Source of the DNA: an uncultured Acidimicrobiales bacterium
Lineage (GTDB): Bacteria > Actinomycetota > Acidimicrobiia > Acidimicrobiales > RAAP-2
NCBI GenBank assembly: GCA_963764555.1
Contig: CAVXSW010000005.1
Span: forward strand, 821,264 to 885,263
Length of the DNA stretch: 64,000 nt
Reading direction: 5' to 3'
A program made the position numbers and the translations under genes. Shown here one piece after another: positions 20,213 through 29,576 of the stretch. The notes under the pieces were generated by a model that saw only the letters and a program-made list of their open reading frames with translations, was not told where the DNA came from and did no database searches. How positions within the stretch are numbered: the stretch's first letter is position 1; each line of letters starts with the position of its first letter.

Positions 20213-20536
20213 CTACCCGTCCAGCTCGGACGGCGGCCCCGCCCCGGGGTCGTCGAGGTGGGCCTCGGCGTCGATGACCGGTCCCCGAGGTGGCGTCCCG
20301 GCCCACCACACGACCGAGCGCTGAAGGTTCGCCCGCCGCTCCCGCCGGCGCGGGCTGAGCGCCAGGAGGATCCGGTCGGCGGCGAGGACCAGCAGCCCGA
20401 CGACCACGAGGGCGGCGACGATCCCGAGGACGATCAGCCCGACGAACAGACCGGCGACCACCAGGGCCACCAGGACGGCGAGCCCCACGGCCGATCCGAG
20501 GCAACCGATCCCTCGACGCTCGGGGACCACCGACAT
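20213..20536 (-). CDS. small membrane protein, unknown function
   Basis: 107 aa with two strongly hydrophobic helices (LGSAVGLAVLVALVVAGLFVGLIVLGIVAALVVVGLLVLA). SD-like GAGGAAG upstream. Confidence 0.45.
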   Translation of the reverse strand: MSVVPERRGIGCLGSAVGLAVLVALVVAGLFVGLIVLGIVAALVVVGLLVLAADRILLALSPRRRERRANLQRSVVWWAGTPPRGPVIDAEAHLDDPGAGPPSELDG

Positions 20537-20580
20537 CGCTTCCTCGCTTCCTCGTCCGCGGGTCCTCGTCCGCGGGCTCC
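20537..20580. repeat. 8-nt x2 plus 14-nt x2 tandem duplications immediately upstream of ATG 20536
   Basis: cgcttcct cgcttcct cgtccgcgggtcct cgtccgcgggctcc. On the coding strand the SD-like GAGGAAGCG is duplicated directly before the ATG. Confidence 0.8.
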
Positions 20581-20649
20581 CATCATGTCCGGCGGCCGGA
20601 CGCCGGTGTCGTCGCCCCTGCCGGGTGCGCTTTCGGCCATCATGGCGGG

Positions 20650-21999
20650 ATGGACGCCGACGCCATCGTGGTCGGTGCGGGTCTGGCGGGTCTGACCGCC
20701 GCCGCCGATCTGGCCGGCCGCGGGCGGACCGTGATCGTCCTCGAAGCCCGGGACCGGGTCGGCGGTCGGGTGGTGAACCGCACGACCTCGGACGGGTCGG
20801 TCGTCGAGATGGGCGGCCAGTGGGTGGGCCCGACCCAGGACCGGGTCCTCGACCTGGCGCGCCGGCTCGGCCTCGAGCTGTTCCCCACCTACAACGAGGG
20901 CGAGAACGTGGTGCTCTACCACGGGCGGGCCCGTCGGTACACCGGGGCCATCCCGAAGCTCCCGCCCCCGGTGCTCGCCGACGTCGGCCAGGCCCAGCTC
21001 CGCCTCGACCGCATGGCCCGCCGGGTTCCCCTCGAGCACCCCTGGACGGCGCCCCAGGCCGATCGTTGGGACGCCCAGACCGTCGAGACCTGGATGCGCC
21101 GCAACATGCGCACCCGTGGGGGCCGGGCCATGCTCCGCCTCGGGGTGCGGGCGGTCTTCGCCGCCGAGGCCCGCGACCTCTCGCTGCTCCACTTCCTCTT
21201 CTACAGCCATTCGGGCGGATTGCTCGACCGGTTGTTCAACGTGAAGGACGGCGCCCAGGAATCGCGGGTGACCGGCGGTTCCCAGCTCCTCGCCCTGGGC
21301 CTCGCCGGCACGCTCGGGAACGCCGTCCGCCTCGACACGCCGGTGCAGCGGATCGTCCAGGACGGCGACGGGGTCACGGTCGAGAGCGCGGCGGGTCCGC
21401 TGCGGGCGCGGCGCGCCGTGGTCACCGCGCCACCGTTGCTGGCCGGCCGGATCACCTACGAGCCGGCCCTGCCTGCGGGGCGCGAGCAGCTCACCCAGCG
21501 GATGCCCATGGGATCGGTCATCAAGTGCATGGCCGTCTACGACGAGCCGTTCTGGCGCGCCGAAGGCCTGACCGGGCAGGCCACCGACGAGCTCGGACCG
21601 GCGCAGCTCACCTTCGACAACTCGCCGCCCTCGGGACGCCCGGGCGTGCTGCTCGCCTTCGTGGAGGGGGCCCACGCCCGCCAGCTGTCGGGCTGCCGGC
21701 CCGACGAGCGGCGCCAGGCGGTCGTGAGGGGGCTGGCCCGGTGCTTCGGTCCGCGGGCGGCGGCCCCGGACGAGTTCCACGAGCTCGACTGGTCGACCGA
21801 GCGCTGGAGCGGGGGATGCTACGGAGCGCTGCTCGCCCCCGGCGTGCTGTCCGACTTCGGGCCGTCCCTCCGCGAGCCGTGCGGGCGGATCCACTGGGCG
21901 GGCACCGAGTCGGCGAGCGTCTGGGCCGGCTACATGGACGGGGCGGTGCGCTCGGGCGAGCGGGTCGCCGCCGAGGTCGACCGGGCCCTCGTCGCCTGA
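20650..21999 (+). CDS. flavin-containing amine oxidase (monoamine/putrescine oxidase family)
   Basis: DAIVVGAGLAGLTAAADLAGRGRTVIVLEARDRVGGR dinucleotide-binding motif. 449 aa, intact. Confidence 0.85.
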   Translation: MDADAIVVGAGLAGLTAAADLAGRGRTVIVLEARDRVGGRVVNRTTSDGSVVEMGGQWVGPTQDRVLDLARRLGLELFPTYNEGENVVLYHGRARRYTGAIPKLPPPVLADVGQAQLRLDRMARRVPLEHPWTAPQADRWDAQTVETWMRRNMRTRGGRAMLRLGVRAVFAAEARDLSLLHFLFYSHSGGLLDRLFNVKDGAQESRVTGGSQLLALGLAGTLGNAVRLDTPVQRIVQDGDGVTVESAAGPLRARRAVVTAPPLLAGRITYEPALPAGREQLTQRMPMGSVIKCMAVYDEPFWRAEGLTGQATDELGPAQLTFDNSPPSGRPGVLLAFVEGAHARQLSGCRPDERRQAVVRGLARCFGPRAAAPDEFHELDWSTERWSGGCYGALLAPGVLSDFGPSLREPCGRIHWAGTESASVWAGYMDGAVRSGERVAAEVDRALVA

Positions 22000-22070
22000 C
22001 ACGGGGTCGTCCCGGCGCGGTCCGCCCTCCGGCGCCGCACCGGACCGGTCCGCGCCAGACTGGTCTTGGC

Positions 22071-23360
22071 ATGTGCGACACCCTGTGCATCCTGTCCCCG
22101 GAGGGGACCCTCTTCGCCAAGAGCTCGGACCGCCCCGCCGGCGAGCTGCAGCTGCCCGCGGCCTTCGACGCCCGACCGCCCGGTGGGCGCCTGCGGACCC
22201 AGTACCTCGAGATCGAAGACGAGGGCGCCGCGCCCGTGCTGCTGTCCCGTCCCGACTGGCTCTGGGGCGCCGAGCACGGTGTCAACGGGCACGGCGTGGC
22301 CATCGGCAACGAGAAGGTCGACACGGTGAGCGGGGTGTCGACCGCCCCCCCGGCCCTCATCGGGATGGACCTCGTCCGCCTCGGGCTCGAGCGCGCCGGC
22401 TCGGCCGAGGCCGCCCTCGAGGTCATGGTCGACCTGCTCGGGCGCCACGGCCAGGGTGGGATGGCGGACCGCACCTTCGAGCAGGCCTACGACTCGTCCT
22501 TCCTGGTGGCCGACGCCTCGACGGCCTGGGTGCTCGAGACGGCCGGCCGCACCTGGGCGGCGGAGCCGGTGCCGGCGAACGGCACCGCCGCCATCTCCAA
22601 CCGTCTCACCATCGGCTGCGGCTGGAGCCGGGCGTCGCCCGACGTCCCGCCCGGAGCCGACTTCGACGCCTGGCGGGACCCGGCCGTGGCGACCGGCTAC
22701 GCGGACGGCCGCCTGGCCGCCAGCCGGGCGTTCCTCCGATCCGGCGGGGACGCCGCCGCCCCCCTGCCGGCCCGGGCCCGGGCGGTGGTCGCCCACCTGC
22801 GAGACCACGGCACCGGTCCCTGGGGTGGGCCCGGCTCGGACCGGTCCCGTTCCCCCGGCGCGGCCCGGGTCGTCCCGCCGCCCTCGGAGAGCCGGGCCGA
22901 CGGGACCGGGATCACCGTGTGCATGCACGTCGGCGGGTTGATGGCCACCACCGCCTCCTGGGTCGTCCACCTGCCGCGCCTCGGCGAGGCACCGATCAGG
23001 TCCTGGGTGGCGCTCGGCAGCCCCTGTGTGTCGGTCTACGTCCCGCTGTTCGGCATGGCCCGGATGCCGACCGGTGTGGTCGCCGCCGGTCTGTGGCACC
23101 GGGGCGAGACCCTGCGGCAACGGATCGAGGCCGACGGTTCCGAGCTCGAGCGGGTCCGCGACGTGCTCGCGCCGCTGGAGGCGGCCCTGTGGGAGGAGGC
23201 GGACGACCTCGTCGCCTGCCCGGACCGGTGGGCCCGCTTCCACGACGATGCCTGGCACCGGGTCGCCGGCGCCATGTCGGGGCTGACCGGAGCCCGCGTG
23301 ACCGGAACCCGCGTGACCGGAGACCGCATGACCGGAGACCGCCTGACCGGAACCGCCTGA
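22071..23360 (+). CDS. Ntn-type cysteine peptidase, C69/secernin-like (putative)
   Basis: Begins MCDTLCI (Cys at position 2 as nucleophile), followed by FAKSSDRP, typical of the C69/secernin family. The C-terminus is made of (L/V/M)TG(A/T/D)R pentapeptide repeats. Confidence 0.6.
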   Translation: MCDTLCILSPEGTLFAKSSDRPAGELQLPAAFDARPPGGRLRTQYLEIEDEGAAPVLLSRPDWLWGAEHGVNGHGVAIGNEKVDTVSGVSTAPPALIGMDLVRLGLERAGSAEAALEVMVDLLGRHGQGGMADRTFEQAYDSSFLVADASTAWVLETAGRTWAAEPVPANGTAAISNRLTIGCGWSRASPDVPPGADFDAWRDPAVATGYADGRLAASRAFLRSGGDAAAPLPARARAVVAHLRDHGTGPWGGPGSDRSRSPGAARVVPPPSESRADGTGITVCMHVGGLMATTASWVVHLPRLGEAPIRSWVALGSPCVSVYVPLFGMARMPTGVVAAGLWHRGETLRQRIEADGSELERVRDVLAPLEAALWEEADDLVACPDRWARFHDDAWHRVAGAMSGLTGARVTGTRVTGDRMTGDRLTGTA

Positions 23361-23386
23361 CCGGAGCCGCCATGACCGGAGCGCCC
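23283..23386. repeat. 15-nt tandem repeat x7 across the 3' end and stop codon of the C69-like gene
   Basis: ctgaccggagcccgc gtgaccggaacccgc gtgaccggagaccgc atgaccggagaccgc ctgaccggaaccgc(14) ctgaccggagccgcc atgaccggagcgccc. The 14-nt unit puts the next cTGAcc in frame as the stop. Confidence 0.9.
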
Positions 23387-23406
23387 CCGGGACCGGGGGC
23401 CGGCGG

Positions 23407-23794
23407 TCAGCGGACCTCGAAGGCCTCGAAGGTGAACGGCGGGGAGACCGTGCACCCGGCGAGCGACCAACCGGCGGTGGTGCTCGCCCGCTGCCAGGCG
23501 CCCGCCGGCACGACGGCCTGGGGCCGCTCGCCGGCACCGAGGTCGTTACCCAACCGGATGGTCCGGACCTCCTCGCCGGCCCCGCCCTCGTCGATGGCGA
23601 GCTCGACCGGCGAACCGGCGTAGAAGTGCCAGATCTCGGCGCGCTCGGCGCACCCGGTGCCACCGCGACGGTTGGCCCTCCCGGAGCAGGAAGTAGATGG
23701 CCGTGCCGGCGCCGTCCCGGTGGGTCTGACGGTAGTAGCCGCCCTCGGGGTGGGGCACCAGCTCGAGGGTCTCGATGACATCGAGGGCGTCCAC
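23407..23794 (-). pseudogene. DUF985 cupin-fold protein, one frame break
   Basis: (GTG) DALDVIETLELVPHPEGGYYRQT...SRWHRV in one frame. AEIWHFYAGSPVEL...PAGAWQRA...GCTVSPPFTFEAFEV in the other. Break about 23641-23655. Confidence 0.6.
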
Positions 23795-23936
23795 CGCGCC
23801 ATTGTCGGGGCCGGCGCGCCGGGTGGCAAGCGGGGCGAGCGCCCGGCGCCCGGCGCCGAGCCCGGCGCCCGTTGCAGCGGCGGGTGTCCGGCGCGAAGCT
23901 GCTTGGCACCCAGCGTTGAGCAGATGGGGGGCCAGG

Positions 23937-26690
23937 ATGAATCGTCGCCTCGCAGCCCGAAACCGCTTCCGAGCCGCCCTCGCCGCGGTCGGCGCTCCCG
24001 TCGTGCTGGTGGCGACGCTGGTGGCGCCGGCCGGCCCGTCGACCGCAGGGGCCGCGGTGCCCACGGTCGGAGGCGCGGGCCGTCAGGCCAGCATCACCCG
24101 CGATTCCTACGGCGTGCCGACGATCACCTCCAACACCCTCGCCGGCATGTGGTTCGGGGCCGGCTACGCCCAGGCCCAGGACCGGATGGCCCAGCTGGAG
24201 CTGACCCGCCGCACGGTCGAGGGGACCCTCGCCGAGATCGGCGGACCGAGCTTCCTGTCCCAGGACGAGACGGTCCGCACCTTCTTCTACACGCCCGACG
24301 AGTTGGCGGCCCAGTTCGCCCGGTTGCCGGTCCGGACCCGGCGCGCCGTCCAGAACTTCTCCGACGGCATCAATGCCTACGAATCGCTCGCCTACTCCTC
24401 GGCCCAGGAGGAGCAGGCGCTCGTGCCGAAGGAGTTCTTCGTGCTCGGCGCGCTGACCGGCACGTCCGGACCGTACCGGCCGGCGCCGTGGCAGCCGACC
24501 GACACGGTGGCGGTCGGGAACTATCTGGCCCGCCAGTTCGGCGGTGGCGGCGGCTCGGAGCTCACCAACCTCTCGTTCCTGCGCTACCTGCAGGCGGAGC
24601 TGGCCAAGCGGGGCGACGCCAATGCCACCGCCGACGCCACGGCGGTCTTCAACGACGCGCGCTGGATCAACGACGCCACCGCCCCGACCACCGTGCCCGA
24701 CACCAGTGCCCCGACAACCCCGCCGACCGCACCGACAACCCCGCCGACCACGGCACCGACCACGCCGCCGACCACTGGGTCCGGCCCGGCCGGCCCCGAC
24801 CCGACCGGCACGGCGAGCCCGGCGGTACCCGCCCCGCCCGGTGACGGGCCCCGTGTCGCCTCCCCGTCGACCGCATCGTCGCTCGCCGCCCTGGCGTCGG
24901 TGAACGACACCGACCTCGGCGACGCCGCCGCCGCGCTGACCACCGACCGGAACAACATCCTCTCCACCGGCATCTCCTTGAAGGTGCTGGCCCACGGCGG
25001 CTCCAACGCCTACGCGGTCGCTCCGGCGCGCTCGAAGGACCATCACGCCCTGCTCTGGGGCGCCCCCCAAGAGGGCTTCAGCACCCCGAGCATCGACGGC
25101 GAGGAGTACCTGCACGGACCCGGGTACGACGCCGGCGGGATGGACATCACCGGCGAGCCCTTCATCCTCATCGGGCGCAACGGCCACATCAGCTGGACCA
25201 CCACGAGCGAGGAGCTGGTCGACCAGCGCACCTACGTCGAGCAGGTCGACTACGGCACCAACCCGCCCACCTACCTCTTCGACGGCCACTGGGTCCCCAT
25301 GCAGGCCATCGAAGAGGAGATCCCGGTGGCGGGCTCCGCTCCCCAGCCCTTCACCGTGCTGCGGACGGCGGACGGCCCGGTGTTCTCGCAGGACCGGGCG
25401 ACGGGGACCGCGTTCTCGATGCGGTTCGCCTCCTTCGACAACGAGGTCGGGACCCTGGCCGGCTTCGCCGAGCTCGGCGGGGACCACAACCTCGGCCAGT
25501 TCACCCGCTCGATGAGCCTCGTCACCACCCTGCACAACTTCCTCTACGCCGACCAGGCGGGCAACATCGCCTACTTCGGCGACGGCCTGGTGCCGGTGCA
25601 GCCGCCCTTCTCCTCGGTCGACCCGAGGCTGCCGGCCAAAGGTGACGGCACCGAGGAGTGGACCGGGTACGTGCCGTTCTCGGCGATGCCCCGCAGCATC
25701 AACCCCGCCCAGGGGTACCTGGACAACTGGAACACCAAACCATCGCAGCAGGCCTTCTACCAGCAGAACGGGGGCGACGAGTACTGGGGGACCATCTTCC
25801 GGTCCTCCCGCATCGCCGAGGACCTGGCGGCGAGCTCCTCGATCGACATCCCCTACCTCGAGGGGATCGAGCACGACATCGGGACCATCGACAACGGGGA
25901 CAACACCCGGCCGGCGGCGCCCTACTTCATCCCCTACCTGGTCAGTGCCTACAAGGCGCTGGTCGCTGCCCACGACCCGCTCGTCGACCGCGCCACCCAC
26001 CCGGATCTGGCCCGGGCGGTGCGGACCCTCGGCAACTGGGACGGGGTCACCACGCTCGGGAGCCCGGCCATGTCCATCTTCATGAACTTCCTCGAGGCCT
26101 TCGAGCGCAACGTCTTCGAGGGCGGAACCTCCCCCGGCGAGCAGTACACCGGCGCGGTCGACCTCAGCGACGCCAGCCTCGGGATGGGGACCTACGGCGG
26201 GCTCGGCGGGATGGGCACCTACAACTTCCTCTACCACGCGCTGGCCCACACGGCGGGGCTCGCCCCCTGCGGCTCGCTCTGTTACACGGGCGACTACTTC
26301 GGCGGCAACCAGAACCGGATCCTCGTCGAGAGCCTGAACGACGCCATCGCCATCCTGTCGGGGACCGGGACCCAGCTCGGCCAGGACGTCCCCGGCTTCG
26401 GGACCCCGGTCATCGCCAAGTGGGGCTACCAGCCCGCACAGGACCAGGACTGGGACAGCCTCGACCCGCTCGCTCTCGGGGTGACCACCCACTGCGGGAC
26501 GAGTGCCAGCCAGAACCGGAGCACCTACATGCAGGCCATCGACATGACGCCCCAGGTGACCGGGCAGAACGTCCTGCCGCCGGGCCAGAGCGGGTTCCTG
26601 TCGGCGTCGGGGGCGCCGAGCCCCCATCTCTGCGACCAGGTCGGACTGTTCGATTCCTTCACCTACAAGGACATGCCTCCGGCCAACTGA
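23937..26690 (+). CDS. penicillin acylase / AHL acylase family Ntn hydrolase (S45)
   Basis: Signal peptide, then [11 protein letters not shown]...[16 protein letters not shown] (alpha subunit). A long Pro/Thr spacer, then the GGSNAYAV beta-subunit N-terminal Ser nucleophile. 917 aa, intact. Confidence 0.85.
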   Translation: MNRRLAARNRFRAALAAVGAPVVLVATLVAPAGPSTAGAAVPTVGGAGRQASITRDSYGVPTITSNTLAGMWFGAGYAQAQDRMAQLELTRRTVEGTLAEIGGPSFLSQDETVRTFFYTPDELAAQFARLPVRTRRAVQNFSDGINAYESLAYSSAQEEQALVPKEFFVLGALTGTSGPYRPAPWQPTDTVAVGNYLARQFGGGGGSELTNLSFLRYLQAELAKRGDANATADATAVFNDARWINDATAPTTVPDTSAPTTPPTAPTTPPTTAPTTPPTTGSGPAGPDPTGTASPAVPAPPGDGPRVASPSTASSLAALASVNDTDLGDAAAALTTDRNNILSTGISLKVLAHGGSNAYAVAPARSKDHHALLWGAPQEGFSTPSIDGEEYLHGPGYDAGGMDITGEPFILIGRNGHISWTTTSEELVDQRTYVEQVDYGTNPPTYLFDGHWVPMQAIEEEIPVAGSAPQPFTVLRTADGPVFSQDRATGTAFSMRFASFDNEVGTLAGFAELGGDHNLGQFTRSMSLVTTLHNFLYADQAGNIAYFGDGLVPVQPPFSSVDPRLPAKGDGTEEWTGYVPFSAMPRSINPAQGYLDNWNTKPSQQAFYQQNGGDEYWGTIFRSSRIAEDLAASSSIDIPYLEGIEHDIGTIDNGDNTRPAAPYFIPYLVSAYKALVAAHDPLVDRATHPDLARAVRTLGNWDGVTTLGSPAMSIFMNFLEAFERNVFEGGTSPGEQYTGAVDLSDASLGMGTYGGLGGMGTYNFLYHALAHTAGLAPCGSLCYTGDYFGGNQNRILVESLNDAIAILSGTGTQLGQDVPGFGTPVIAKWGYQPAQDQDWDSLDPLALGVTTHCGTSASQNRSTYMQAIDMTPQVTGQNVLPPGQSGFLSASGAPSPHLCDQVGLFDSFTYKDMPPAN

Positions 26691-26751
26691 CCGGCCCCGG
26701 TGTGGTGTAGAACGGTCGGCGACCAGCCCACCGTCGCCCGAAGGTAGAGCC

Positions 26752-27918
26752 GTGGACCCCTACCAGCCGACCCCCGAGGACCACTTCACGTTCGGGCTGT
26801 GGACCGTCGGCAACCCGGGCCGCGACCCGTTCGGGCGCGAGACCCGGCCACCGCTCGATCCGGTCGAGACCGTGCACCGCCTGGCCGGGCTGGGCGCCTC
26901 GGGGGTGAGCTTCCACGACGACGACCTGGTCCCGCCGGGCTCGTCGCCGGCCGAGCGGGACGCCGTCGTGAAGCGGTTCCGGCGGGCGCTCGACGACACC
27001 GGCATGACCGTGCCGATGGCCACCACCAACCTGTTCGCCCGGCCGGTGTTCAAAGAGGGCGCCTTCACCGCCAACGACCCCGAGGTCCGCCGGTTCGCCC
27101 TCGCCAAGACCCTCGATGCGATCGACCTCGGGGTCGAGCTCGGGGCGCGCACCTATGTCCTGTGGGGCGGGCGCGAAGGGGTCGAAGCCGACGCCGGCAA
27201 GGACATCCGGGTGGCGTTCGACCGCTACGCCGAGGCTGTCGACCTGTGCTGCGCGTACGTGCGCGACCGCGGGTACGACCTCCGCTTCGCCATCGAGCCC
27301 AAGCCCAACGAGCCCCGGGGGGACCTGCTGCTCCCGACGGTCGGGCACGCCCTCGCCTTCATCGGCCGGCTCGAGTGGCCCGACATGGTGGGCCTCAACC
27401 CCGAGTTCGCCCACGAGACCATGTCGGGGCTCTCCTTCCACCATGCCGTGGCCCAGACCCTCTGGCACGGCAAGCTCTTCCACATCGACCTCAACGCCCA
27501 GCGGATCGGCAAGTTCGACCAGGACTTCCGGTTCGGGAGCGAGGGCATCCGCGACGCCTTCTACCTCGTCAAGCTCCTCGAGGAGGCCGGGTACGACGGC
27601 CCCCGCCATTTCGACGCCCACCCCTACCGGACCGAAGACGGTGACGGCGTGTGGGAGTTCGCCACCGGGTGCATGCGCACCTACCTGATCCTCCGTGAGA
27701 AGGCGGCCCGCTTCCACGCCGACCCGGCGATCCGGGAGGCGCTCGAGGTGGCCCGGGCCCCGTCGCTCGCCGAGCCCACCTCGCCCGACGGGCTCGGGGC
27801 GCCGGCCATCGACGCCTTGCGCCGGGCACCGCGGGACGAGGCGGCGCTGGCCGATCGCGGCTACGGCCTCGAGCGGCTCGACCAGCTGGTGACCGAACTG
27901 CTGCTCGGCGTGCGCTGA
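26752..27918 (+). CDS. xylA: xylose isomerase (class I, actinobacterial type)
   Basis: [25 protein letters not shown]...FHDDDL...MATTNLF...[10 protein letters not shown] closely mirrors Streptomyces/Actinoplanes XylA. Confidence 0.95.
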   Translation: MDPYQPTPEDHFTFGLWTVGNPGRDPFGRETRPPLDPVETVHRLAGLGASGVSFHDDDLVPPGSSPAERDAVVKRFRRALDDTGMTVPMATTNLFARPVFKEGAFTANDPEVRRFALAKTLDAIDLGVELGARTYVLWGGREGVEADAGKDIRVAFDRYAEAVDLCCAYVRDRGYDLRFAIEPKPNEPRGDLLLPTVGHALAFIGRLEWPDMVGLNPEFAHETMSGLSFHHAVAQTLWHGKLFHIDLNAQRIGKFDQDFRFGSEGIRDAFYLVKLLEEAGYDGPRHFDAHPYRTEDGDGVWEFATGCMRTYLILREKAARFHADPAIREALEVARAPSLAEPTSPDGLGAPAIDALRRAPRDEAALADRGYGLERLDQLVTELLLGVR

Positions 27919-27935
27919 GCGCCGGCGAGCGGGGC

Positions 27936-29375
27936 ATGGCCACCCGGTCCCGCCGGCTGGTGGCGGGCGTCGACTCCTCGACCCAGGCGTGCAAGGTGGT
28001 GGTGCGCGACGCCGAGACGGGGGAGCTGGTCCGGGCGGGGCGGGCCGGTCATCCCCCCGGGACCGAGGTCGACCCCGATGGGTGGTGGCATGCGCTCGGC
28101 CGGGCGCTCGGGGAGGCCGGGGGACTGGACGACGTGGCCGCCCTGGCGGTGGCCGCCCAGCAGCACGGCCTGGTCTGCCTGGACGAGGACGGCGCCACCG
28201 TGCGCCGCGCCCTGCTGTGGAACGACACCCGCTCGGCCGGCGCGGCGGCAGACCTGGTGGCCGAGCTCGGGGCTGAGCGGTGGGCGGCCGAGGTCGGCTC
28301 GGTGCCGCTCGCTTCGTTCACCGTGGCCAAGCTGCGCTGGCTCGCCGAACACGAGCCCGGCGACGCCGGCCGGGTGGCGGCCGCCTGCCTGCCCCACGAC
28401 TGGCTCACCTGGAAGCTGGCGGGGAGCGGCGACGTCGGGGCGCTGACCACGGACCGGGGGGACGCCAGCGGCACCGGCTACTGGTCCCCGGCGGAGGGCT
28501 GCTACCGGCCCGACCTGGTGGCCCGGGCCTTCGGTCGCCAGATCGGGCTGCCCCAGGTGCTCGGAGCGTCGGAGCCGGTGACCGTGCTCCCCGAGGGCGG
28601 GGTCCTCGCCCCCGGCACCGGCGACAACATGGCCGCCGCCCTCGGGCTCGGCGCCCGGCCGGGCGACCGCGTGGTGTCGGTCGGGACCTCGGGGGTGGTC
28701 TCGGCGGTCAGCGAGGTCCCGACGGCCGATCCGACCGGCTGCGTCGCCGGGTTCGCCGACGCCACCGGTCGCTACCTCCCCCTGGTGTGCACCCTCAACG
28801 CCGCCCCCGTCCTCGCCACCACCGCCGCCCTCCTCGGCGTCGATCTCGACCGGTTCGCCGACCTCGCCTGCGCCGCACCGCCGGGGGCCGGCGGGCTGGT
28901 CCTCGTGCCCTACCTCGACGGCGAGCGCACGCCCGACCTGCCCCACGCCACCGGGTCCCTCTTCGGGTTGCGCCATGCCAACGCCACCCCGTCGGACCTG
29001 GCCCGCGCCGCCGTCGAGGGGGTCCTCTGCGGGCTCCGCGACGGGCTCGAGGCCCTCGGCGGCATCCCCGACAGCGGGCGCCTCGTCCTGGTGGGCGGCG
29101 GGGCCCGCTCGCGAGCGGTGCGGGAGGTGGCCCCGGCCGTCTTCGGCCGGCCCGTCCTCGTCCCCGCCCCGGGGGACCACGTGGCCGACGGCGCCGCCCG
29201 CCAGGCGGCGTGGGTGCTGCTCGGCGGGGACGAGCCACCGCCGTGGCCCGGAGAGCGGTGGGAGCGGTGCGCCGCGCCGGCGACGCCGGCGGTGACCGAG
29301 GCGTACGCCGCCTGTGCCGCCGCCGTGCGCGAGGGCCTTGGCGGCGAAGACCCCCGCCCGACGACCGGAGCTTGA
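27936..29375 (+). CDS. xylB: xylulokinase (FGGY family)
   Basis: [16 protein letters not shown]...QQHGLVCLD...LLWNDTRS, a typical FGGY N-terminal domain. Immediately downstream of xylA. Confidence 0.85.
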   Translation: MATRSRRLVAGVDSSTQACKVVVRDAETGELVRAGRAGHPPGTEVDPDGWWHALGRALGEAGGLDDVAALAVAAQQHGLVCLDEDGATVRRALLWNDTRSAGAAADLVAELGAERWAAEVGSVPLASFTVAKLRWLAEHEPGDAGRVAAACLPHDWLTWKLAGSGDVGALTTDRGDASGTGYWSPAEGCYRPDLVARAFGRQIGLPQVLGASEPVTVLPEGGVLAPGTGDNMAAALGLGARPGDRVVSVGTSGVVSAVSEVPTADPTGCVAGFADATGRYLPLVCTLNAAPVLATTAALLGVDLDRFADLACAAPPGAGGLVLVPYLDGERTPDLPHATGSLFGLRHANATPSDLARAAVEGVLCGLRDGLEALGGIPDSGRLVLVGGGARSRAVREVAPAVFGRPVLVPAPGDHVADGAARQAAWVLLGGDEPPPWPGERWERCAAPATPAVTEAYAACAAAVREGLGGEDPRPTTGA

Positions 29376-29400
29376 CAACCCCGGACCGTCCACCGATGCT
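29372..29400 (+). promoter_or_regulatory. candidate sigma-70-like promoter for the GH15 gene
   Basis: TTGACA (29372-29377, overlapping the xylB stop), 17-nt spacer, GATGCT (29395-29400, TANNNT-like). Confidence 0.3.
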
Positions 29401-29535
29401 GAGCGCCGGTCGGGCCCGGTGGGCGAGACGGGCCCGGTGGACAAGAGGAGACGGCGTGAGGGACGGTCCGCGCACGGCGGCGGTCGAGGCGGAGCCCCGG
29501 AGCAGGCGTCCGCCCGTTCGGGCCGGCTCGGGCCG

Positions 29536-29571
29536 GCCGAGGGACGGGCCGAGGGACGGGCCGAGGGGACG
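29536..29571. repeat. 12-nt tandem repeat x3 directly upstream of the GH15 start codon, SD-like units
   Basis: gccgagggacgg gccgagggacgg gccgaggggacg, followed by ccgcg-GTG (29577). Confidence 0.85.
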
Positions 29572-29576
29572 CCGCG

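Noticed and set aside
21930-26627. 1565-aa minus-strand ORF antisense to the amine oxidase, C69 and acylase genes
   Set aside because: Arg/Gly/Pro/Ala-dominated low-complexity translation with no motifs. It lies opposite well-supported genes. This is the typical stop-codon-poor antisense frame of very high-GC DNA.
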